From the NCBI GenBank assembly GCA_037441845.1, contig JBBIRK010000001.1, positions 529,284 to 593,283 on the forward strand: DNA of 64,000 nucleotides. Direction: 5' to 3'. The DNA comes from Candidatus Zixiibacteriota bacterium. GTDB taxonomy: Bacteria; Zixibacteria; MSB-5A5; UBA10806; 4484-95. A program made the translations under genes and the position numbers. The stretch's first letter is position 1; each line of letters starts with the position of its first letter. This document shows, one piece after another, positions 56,807 through 64,000 of the stretch. The notes below the pieces were generated by a model that did no database searches, was not told the origin of the DNA, and saw only the letters and a program-made list of their open reading frames with translations.

Positions 56807-59622
56807 TGAATAATTATATGAAATTGGCAATCGCTTTTTGCCTGACAGCTACGCTGATTATGGCTCCAGACGGTAGGGCGGCCGTCATCAAGGGAACGGT
56901 GAGCGACAACACCACCAAGGAGCCGCTGCCGGGCGTGGCGGTCATGGTCAAGGGCACCTATTACGGCGCCGCCAGCGACATCAACGGATTCTACAAAATA
57001 GCCAATGTGAAAGGCGGCTCCTACACTATAGAGGTCAGCCAAATAGGCTACAAGGTGGTCCAAAAAACCGGAGTCAAAATCGACGACGACGACACTTTAA
57101 GCCTCGATTTCCGTCTCGAGCCGACCGTCTTGACGCTGGGAAAAGACATTGTGGTATTAGGGGAGAAGCCGCTGATGGATATTGAGGCCACCGAGAGCCG
57201 GACAACCCTCAATTCGGAGCAGATAAAAAATCTCGTGGTGGAGAACGTCGCCGATATATTGAAAAATCAATCGGGGGTTGTCTCTGTCGGCGATGAAATC
57301 CATATCCGGGGCGGGCGCGCCTATGAAAACGCCTATCTTGTCGATGGCATCTCCATACAGGATCCTTATTCGGGCGGCACCGCCGGCTTGAATATCACCG
57401 CCGGCGCCATTGAGGAGTTCGAGGTGCTCACCGGCGGGTTCAACGCCGAATACGGCCAGGCGATGTCGGGCGTGGTGCAAGTGCGCACCAAAGAGGGATC
57501 GACCCAGAAATACTCGGGTAGGCTGCAATATAAGACCGACGATTTCGGGCTTTTCAAACCGGCGACTGTGGATAGCCAGGGAAAGGTCAAATCATCCAAT
57601 TTCAACACCGACGTAGCCGAACTGCAACTTTCCGGACCGATTCCGATCGGATCCAAAACCAGCTTCTTCGGCTCGCTTTACACTAATATCTCCGATACTT
57701 ATTTGCCCCATACCCGAAATCTATACACGCCCGTATTCTACGGTTCGCGGTTCACGCCCCGCGAGGCCAACGATTACTCGGGCATGCTCAAGATCACTCA
57801 TCGATTCAAACCGACGCTGAAGCTGGCCGCCTCGTTTTCGGGTTCGGCCGAGATCGACCAGGGTTTTCAGGCGAACGATTTCGAAAATCCCGATCCAGAT
57901 TTCGAATCTTTCCCTTATCAATTTCAGAACATCCTGGCCAATTACAACACCCGCACCCGTGTTTCCAACAGCCAATCGCTGTCGTTGAATCACACCACCA
58001 GCACCCGCTTCTTCTACGAGCTGAAACTGGCGAGGTTTTTCACCCAATTGCGCTCGGCGGTCGCCGACAAGAACTGGTATGATTACCATCAGCAGCCGAT
58101 CGATATCCTGCCGATCAACTATTTCTACGTGCCCGATTCGAATCCTTACGACGGCATCGACGACTCGCACTACGAAATCACCACCGGCGATGGCTTTTAT
58201 GATTATGGCGAGGGGGATCAGTGGCGCGATTATTATTTTCAGCAGTACACGGTCAAGTGGGATGGCAACCTCAGCTCGGGGACGCGGCATCTGTTCAAGG
58301 GCGGACTGGAGGGGAATTTCCAGGAAATCCAGATGGTTGATATCAACAACCCGGGGGTCGGCCGCGGCCGTCTCGGGCTCGACCACGATATTTATAAAGT
58401 GCGTCCCTCAACGGGGGCTATGTATGTTCAGGACAAAATCAACTCTTCGGGCCTGATTGTCAACGTGGGCCTGCGTTTGGATTGGTGGTTCCCTGGTTCC
58501 TATATCGATCGTATCATAAAAGACGAAAATTCCGAAATAATCTCGCCGGCGCTCAGGGAATCTTACTATAAAGACACATTCAGTTTCTTCGGCAGACGCG
58601 GCAAAGCGCACCTTTCCCCGCGGGTCGGGATTTCCCACCCCGTCACCGAAAACATGATGTTGTTTTATTCGTACGGTCACTTTTCGAAATTGCCCCAGCC
58701 GCAGCGGGTGTATGCCAAACTGTCGTCGGTTTCCACATCGAGCTCCTATCCCTTGTTCGGCAATCCCAATCTCAACCCCGAAACCACTGTTTCCTACGAA
58801 CTGGGGCTTCGCTACGAGGTGACCGCCAACGACGTTCTGTCGGTTACCGCCTACTACAAAGACATTTTCGATTATATAGCGGCTTTCAGCATCACCCAGG
58901 GCGGCCGTTACTCAAATCAGAATTTCATTATGTACTTCAATCTCGACTACGCCAGATCGCGGGGGATCGAGCTCGAATTCAAAAAACGGGCCAGCCGCCT
59001 TCTCAACATGACCATACAGGCTTCCTATTCGGTGGCGACCGGCAAGAGCTCGTCACCCAAAGACGAACTTCTGGTGGCCCGGGGAGAGCTCGAGGAAAAA
59101 TCGATAAAAGAAAATTACCTGTCCTGGGACAGGCCGCTGAGTTTTTCGGCCGATTTCTCGTTGTTCGCCGGCAAAGGAGAGCACTACAGCCTTTTTGGAC
59201 TGCGCCTGCCTGACTATTGGAATCTTTACCTGAGGCTTTTTTGGCAATCGGGCAAGAGATATACCACTTATACGCGGGTGGAAAGCGAGGGAGAGGAAAC
59301 ACAATATATTAAAAACAACAACGATCCTTACAGTCGCACCGCCCAGGCATGGCGCTGGGCCGACCTCAGCCTGAAAAAGCATTTCCGGTTCCAGGGATTG
59401 CAATACTCCGTGTTCATGGAAATCACCAATATAACGAACGCGCAGAATTCGAAAATCATAAATCCGCTGACCGGCAAGGCATACGAATACGGCGATGAGG
59501 TTCTGCCCGGCTGGAACGATCCTCTCAATCCCGATCGCAACCCAACATCTCCATTCCCGTTCGACCCCTCCCGCTATCTGGCGCCGCGCAACATCAAATT
59601 GGGGGTTTCCATATCGTGGTGA
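56806..59622 (+). CDS. TonB-dependent receptor
   Basis: Carboxypeptidase-regulatory-like N-terminal domain (IKGTVSD..TKEPLPG), plug (HIRGGR...VDG...TGGFNAEYGQAMSGVV), SPRVGISHP, GNPNLNPE, C-terminal PRNIKLGVSISW. Confidence 0.93.
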   Translation: MNNYMKLAIAFCLTATLIMAPDGRAAVIKGTVSDNTTKEPLPGVAVMVKGTYYGAASDINGFYKIANVKGGSYTIEVSQIGYKVVQKTGVKIDDDDTLSLDFRLEPTVLTLGKDIVVLGEKPLMDIEATESRTTLNSEQIKNLVVENVADILKNQSGVVSVGDEIHIRGGRAYENAYLVDGISIQDPYSGGTAGLNITAGAIEEFEVLTGGFNAEYGQAMSGVVQVRTKEGSTQKYSGRLQYKTDDFGLFKPATVDSQGKVKSSNFNTDVAELQLSGPIPIGSKTSFFGSLYTNISDTYLPHTRNLYTPVFYGSRFTPREANDYSGMLKITHRFKPTLKLAASFSGSAEIDQGFQANDFENPDPDFESFPYQFQNILANYNTRTRVSNSQSLSLNHTTSTRFFYELKLARFFTQLRSAVADKNWYDYHQQPIDILPINYFYVPDSNPYDGIDDSHYEITTGDGFYDYGEGDQWRDYYFQQYTVKWDGNLSSGTRHLFKGGLEGNFQEIQMVDINNPGVGRGRLGLDHDIYKVRPSTGAMYVQDKINSSGLIVNVGLRLDWWFPGSYIDRIIKDENSEIISPALRESYYKDTFSFFGRRGKAHLSPRVGISHPVTENMMLFYSYGHFSKLPQPQRVYAKLSSVSTSSSYPLFGNPNLNPETTVSYELGLRYEVTANDVLSVTAYYKDIFDYIAAFSITQGGRYSNQNFIMYFNLDYARSRGIELEFKKRASRLLNMTIQASYSVATGKSSSPKDELLVARGELEEKSIKENYLSWDRPLSFSADFSLFAGKGEHYSLFGLRLPDYWNLYLRLFWQSGKRYTTYTRVESEGEETQYIKNNNDPYSRTAQAWRWADLSLKKHFRFQGLQYSVFMEITNITNAQNSKIINPLTGKAYEYGDEVLPGWNDPLNPDRNPTSPFPFDPSRYLAPRNIKLGVSISW

Positions 59623-60632
59623 TAAGAAAGCCGCTCTTGACATTGGCGATTGTCGTTGCGGGCATTGTCATGTTCGGCCCGGGTCAATCGGCCTCGGCGT
59701 TCAATATCTTCCCGAGCCTCGGCGGCAGCCGTTCGGGCACTGCGGCGATGACGTTTCTGAGAATAGGAGTCGGAGCCCGCGCGGCCGCCATGGCCGGAGC
59801 GTATTCGTCGATGTGCACCGACGCTTTCTCGCTGTATCACAATCCTGCGGGCGCGGTTTGGGCGGAAAAAGACAATGTCGCCGTGGCGCATAGGCTCTGG
59901 GTGGCCGACATCAGTCACAATTTCGTGGGGATTACCAAGCATTTCGGAGAATATAACGTCGTAGGCTTATCTTTGATCAGCCTGACCACCGATCCGATTG
60001 CGGTCACCGATGAATATCACCCCTATGGCACCGGCGAAACCATGGAATATTCGGATTTCGCTGTCGGAGGTAGCTACTCGGTCCGGCTCACGGATTACTT
60101 TTCGTTCGGACTGACCATAAAATATGCGCAGGAAAACCTCGCCGATCTGAAAATTCACGCCACCTTGATCGATCTCGGCACACTGTATCATACCGGTTTT
60201 TACGGCACGCGGTTCGCGATAAACATGGCCAATTTCGGCCCCCGCCTGCAACCATCGGGAAACTACATCTATAAAACGGTCTCCGGTGAGTTGATCCAAA
60301 AAGAGTATCAGTCTTTTTCACCGCCGACCGTATTCAAGGTTTCGGTGGCTTTCGATCCTTTGGCCGACGACGGCAACAAACTGTCCTGCATCTCCCAGCT
60401 TAATCATCCCACGGACAACGCCGAAAATATAGCTTTGGGTCTTGAATATTCTCTGAACGATAGACTGTTTCTCAGGGGCGGCTATCTGATCAATTCGCGG
60501 GTCGAAAATTACTCGCTGGGCGGAGGACTGAAAATAGATCTGCCGTTTGCCGCATTTTCGTTCGATTACGCCTACACCGGTATGAGCGACCTGGGAGGCA
60601 CGAGCAATTTTTCGCTGGTGCTGGGATTTTGA
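59616..60632 (+). CDS. PorV/PorQ-family outer-membrane beta-barrel protein
   Basis: FLRIGVGARAAAMAGA...YHNPAG signature, C-terminal FDYAY..M.DLG....FSL.LGF. Confidence 0.88.
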   Translation: MVIRKPLLTLAIVVAGIVMFGPGQSASAFNIFPSLGGSRSGTAAMTFLRIGVGARAAAMAGAYSSMCTDAFSLYHNPAGAVWAEKDNVAVAHRLWVADISHNFVGITKHFGEYNVVGLSLISLTTDPIAVTDEYHPYGTGETMEYSDFAVGGSYSVRLTDYFSFGLTIKYAQENLADLKIHATLIDLGTLYHTGFYGTRFAINMANFGPRLQPSGNYIYKTVSGELIQKEYQSFSPPTVFKVSVAFDPLADDGNKLSCISQLNHPTDNAENIALGLEYSLNDRLFLRGGYLINSRVENYSLGGGLKIDLPFAAFSFDYAYTGMSDLGGTSNFSLVLGF

Positions 60633-60639
60633 GATAAGC

Positions 60640-62694
60640 ATGATTTTTTCGTCGGGAATAAAAGCAGGCGGGACGAAACTAGGACTCCTGTCTATTGCGT
60701 CATTTAATACGGCTTTGGGACTCGGTTTGCTTTTCACCGCGGTGCTTTTCTTATCCTGCGGCCGCAAGATAACTCAGCCGCAGGAGATAATAATGCCTCC
60801 GGCTCCGGTCCTGCTATCGACTATCGACACGCCGGGTAATGCCCGGGCGGTTTGGCAAGATGGCAACTATGCTTTCATAGCCGATTATCTGGGCGGGCTT
60901 CAGATCGTGGCCGTGGCCGAGCCAACCGCCCCGGTAATTGTCGGCCACTCGCAGACCGCCTCGCCGGCATTCGATATTATCGTATCGGATGATCATGCTT
61001 ACGTCGCTTGCGGTTCGGCGGGCGTCAAGGTGATCGATGTATCAGTTCCCACCACCCCAATCTCCGTCGCCCAGATCAATGCTTCGGCGGCGCGCCGTTT
61101 GGCAATGTCGGGAGAACTTCTATTAATAGCCGATTCCCTCGATGGCCTTATTCTCGTTGATATATCTAACCCGACTTCACCGCAGTTGCTCGAAATCCAT
61201 AGCCCCACGGCCTCGATAAGAGCGCTCGCCGCCTCCGGCGATATCGTTTGGTCGGTGGATACGGAAGCGCGATTGATCGGATTGGACGTAAGTGATCCCC
61301 AGGCGATACAGCAAATATCTTCGCTATCTTTGCCGAGCCTGGGAAGGGATATCTTGGTTTCGGAAAGTTACGCCTATATCGCCTCGAGCGCCGATGGCGT
61401 GCTGGTGGTTAATATCGCCAACCCCTCGTCTCCGGTTCTATTATCATCGTGGGATACGCCCGGAAAGCCGCAGGGACTGTTTGTACAGCAGAATTATCTG
61501 TTTGCGGCGGACAGCATGGGGGGTCTGCAGATCGCCGATATCGCCGCCGTGACAAGTCCTGTTCCGGCGGGCGATTTGAATTTGGCGGGAGCGGCGCTCG
61601 ATATTTTCGCAAAAGGCAATGTCTTATACATAGCAACCGATGATCGCGGGTTGTCGTTGGTCCGTTTTCCGGGCAATATAAGCGAAACCACTTTCGTGCA
61701 GCTTAATCCTCCCTGGGACCGCGAACGGGGATACGATTTTAATAACCCGGGGGCGATAATAATAGGATATGACACCTACCTTTACGTCGCCGATACCGAC
61801 AACGACCGCATTATCAGGCTCGATGCCGCCGGGACGATAAGCGCCTATTATTCGGTCCCTCACCCTGTGGGAATAACCCAGGACGAGCTGTTACGTCTGC
61901 TGGTGGTTACCGGTCAATCGCGCGAGATTTATAAAATAGACGTGGGTCCGGGGGGAGATGGAACCGCTGTTCGATGCTTCAGCGGCACGAGCGCAAAGGA
62001 TTCGCTTCTTGGAATAGATTCCACCGAGGTTTTCACAGCCATCGCGGATGCCCCCGATTATCGCAAGAAATACTATGTGGCTGCGGCCTCGCCTTTGATA
62101 GATCAAAGTGGTAAAATCCTTGCATTCGGCAATGCCGTTGCAATAGCTGAGAATAGTGATACCCTGTACGATCCCAAATTCCTTGTTTCGGGAGATACCG
62201 CCCGAAATCCGATCATCGCCTACGGCACCGGCCTGGGATACGCGGATCACCCTATAGGACTACTTGCATTCCGCCGCAGCAACGTGGAGCATCTTTTAAT
62301 CGTTCAGGATTCGGCAAGTTTCAAAACCCAGCTTTTGAACTGGACGAATAACACCTACTATCGAATCGGCTGGTATGCAGCCACTATATTGCCGGGCGCC
62401 GACAACGATCTGTATCGCGCCAACATCTTCACGGCGCCGCTGGCGGCAACCGTCGATTCCTCGGGCAATATCTATGTGGTTCAGAAAAGCACTGGGGCAA
62501 TATACTGCGCATTCAAATTCAACTCGACCGGCCAACTCAAGGAGGCTTTCGCGCAGCCGGGAAACGGCGCCGGACAATTGATGAATCCTCGCGGCGTAGC
62601 CTACGACAATCATCCCAACCGCAAGACATTATTTATCGTCGACAGCGGCAACAACAGAATCCTACGCTTCAAGCTGTCCACCGACATACAATAA
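60640..62694 (+). CDS. Lipoprotein with LVIVD and NHL beta-propeller repeats
   Basis: Lipobox FLSC, YAFIADY.GGLQIV and GVKVIDVS.P..P repeats, LYVADT.NDRI and NPRGVA...FIVDSGNNRI (NHL). The start codon is uncertain. Confidence 0.82.
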   Translation: MIFSSGIKAGGTKLGLLSIASFNTALGLGLLFTAVLFLSCGRKITQPQEIIMPPAPVLLSTIDTPGNARAVWQDGNYAFIADYLGGLQIVAVAEPTAPVIVGHSQTASPAFDIIVSDDHAYVACGSAGVKVIDVSVPTTPISVAQINASAARRLAMSGELLLIADSLDGLILVDISNPTSPQLLEIHSPTASIRALAASGDIVWSVDTEARLIGLDVSDPQAIQQISSLSLPSLGRDILVSESYAYIASSADGVLVVNIANPSSPVLLSSWDTPGKPQGLFVQQNYLFAADSMGGLQIADIAAVTSPVPAGDLNLAGAALDIFAKGNVLYIATDDRGLSLVRFPGNISETTFVQLNPPWDRERGYDFNNPGAIIIGYDTYLYVADTDNDRIIRLDAAGTISAYYSVPHPVGITQDELLRLLVVTGQSREIYKIDVGPGGDGTAVRCFSGTSAKDSLLGIDSTEVFTAIADAPDYRKKYYVAAASPLIDQSGKILAFGNAVAIAENSDTLYDPKFLVSGDTARNPIIAYGTGLGYADHPIGLLAFRRSNVEHLLIVQDSASFKTQLLNWTNNTYYRIGWYAATILPGADNDLYRANIFTAPLAATVDSSGNIYVVQKSTGAIYCAFKFNSTGQLKEAFAQPGNGAGQLMNPRGVAYDNHPNRKTLFIVDSGNNRILRFKLSTDIQ

Positions 62695-62879
62695 AACGCC
62701 GGCAAGAAGGTTGGTCGAAACAAAAAGGTTCGTTCCGGATTTGGGTCATGGACGAGCCGTTGGAAGCTTGGCTTCCTGCGAGACCATTGTCTCTTACTGA
62801 AGTTGACAGACAATTTTAGCTCAATTGAAACGCTTTAATTGATTAGGTTACGTGGAGCACGAATTTCCGCCATTGCTTC

Positions 62880-63350
62880 TCATGGATTGACATGATAATT
62901 ACATCTATATATTACCTAAGTAAATAATAATCATAATAACAATGTTTATTATGTGCACCGGGCGATAATAAACAGGCAATTGCATATTATATCACCTTTT
63001 CCGTTCTCGATACCGCGGTGGATAAAATGCCGATATTTTCTTGATCGCCGTTTATTTCTCAGCCTATTTATTTTTTCAACTTTCGTTCAACCGGCTTTTC
63101 CACAATCACCCGATATTTTTTCTTTGTTTTTCGCATTGCCGGGAAATCTCAGCGAACAAATTTTTTGCCATGAGACAAAGCTTAAGCAAAAGGAAATAAA
63201 ATTCTAATTTTTTTTTCATCGAGGGCGTAAGTCGCATGATTTAAATCGGGAATTTCTCGATTCATCGCTGTAATCCAAAAAAAACAATAGGGATATAAAA
63301 TTCACGAATTATATCCAGCTAAAATCTTGACATTATATTAGCCCCCCTGT
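62880..63350. other. Candidate replication origin (oriC) / dnaA control region
   Basis: Very AT-rich non-coding region upstream of dnaA, with DnaA boxes TTTTCCACA (63096-63104) and GGTGGATAA (63017-63025, 1 mismatch) and a TAA-repeat tract at 62925-62942. Confidence 0.5.
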
Positions 63351-63574
63351 TTTTTTACGCACGCAACCCAATAAGGGGATGCCGCAATAAAAGATGCTTT
63401 CGTCGCGAAAGTGTTCGGTGTCACCATGATGGTTTCCGGGTTGCGGCATTAGAGGGCCTTCAGGGCCAGGGAAGGTAAGGGGGTTTGCAGTTAACCTTTG
63501 CCTCTCTTATATGGCTCAGCGATGAGCCAAAACGTAGTAATTAACATTCATCAAGCGCTTTTCGACGGATTTCG

Positions 63575-64000
63575 ATGCAGTCAGCGAACGTTTCCTGGCA
63601 GGAATGCCTGAGTGTTTTAAGCGAACGTATCCAACCGCAAAGTTTCAAGACCTGGCTTAAGCCGACTCAACTGATCAGCGACGACGGCAATTTTCTCGAG
63701 ATCGCCGTCCCCAACCGGTTCGTGGCCAACTGGCTTGAAAACAATTACACGGAGCAAATCGTACAGGCGGTCCGCGAGGTTTGCGGCGCACCCAGAAAAT
63801 TGAAGTATTGCGTGTCACCTTCCACTCCCCGTCCCGTGCCGGTGCAACCGCCGCCGCCCGTTCCCATGGATAACTACAGCCGCACTCTATTGAACCGCCG
63901 CTATACTTTTGATAATTTCGTCGTCGGCGATTCCAATCAGTTCGCCCATGCCGCAGCCGTCGCTGTGGCCGACGCGCCGGGCCGCAACAAGTTCAATCCG
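63575..64000 (+). CDS. dnaA: Chromosomal replication initiator DnaA, N-terminal part (3' truncated by window edge)
   Basis: Not in the ORF track. Translates as [31 protein letters not shown]...[15 protein letters not shown]...[37 protein letters not shown]. Confidence 0.96.
   Translation, partial: MQSANVSWQECLSVLSERIQPQSFKTWLKPTQLISDDGNFLEIAVPNRFVANWLENNYTEQIVQAVREVCGAPRKLKYCVSPSTPRPVPVQPPPPVPMDNYSRTLLNRRYTFDNFVVGDSNQFAHAAAVAVADAPGRNKFNP

Noticed and set aside
62953..63207. 84-aa ORF upstream of dnaA
   Set aside because: It is Phe/Ile-rich translation of AT-rich non-coding DNA, has no RBS, is not rpmH, and overlaps the DnaA boxes.

Overview
This 64 kb window is bacterial chromosomal DNA. 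It is most consistent with an FCB-superphylum organism such as Zixibacteria, inferred from dockerin-like modules, several T9SS-type C-terminal sorting domains and a PorV-like gene. It runs from the 3' end of asnS to the 5' end of dnaA. Housekeeping content: tRNA-Val(TAC), wecB, tRNA-Gln(TTG)-prs-[MDR oxidoreductase]-rplY, an AsmA protein, hemW, rpoN-hpf-hprK, mlaD coupled to a GH57 gene, pcrA/uvrD, tRNA-Met(CAT), a deoxyhypusine-synthase-family gene, and an AT-rich candidate oriC before dnaA. Accessory content: a ~9 kb surface-polysaccharide cluster, several secreted T9SS/dockerin proteins and two pseudogenes. The most notable observations are: (1) a ~3 kb cassette (S74-chaperone fibre protein plus dockerin protein) bracketed by tRNA-Met and a decayed copy of it, with no integrase; (2) a six-gene SusD-less operon combining an atypical-CTD protein, an OB-fold T9SS protein, lipoproteins, a TonB-dependent receptor and a PorV paralog; (3) a signal peptidase I paralog lacking its catalytic residues; (4) a Fic protein with Tyr in place of the catalytic His. 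No CRISPR array, rRNA, transposase or integrase was seen. All family assignments are from motif recognition by eye, not database searches.
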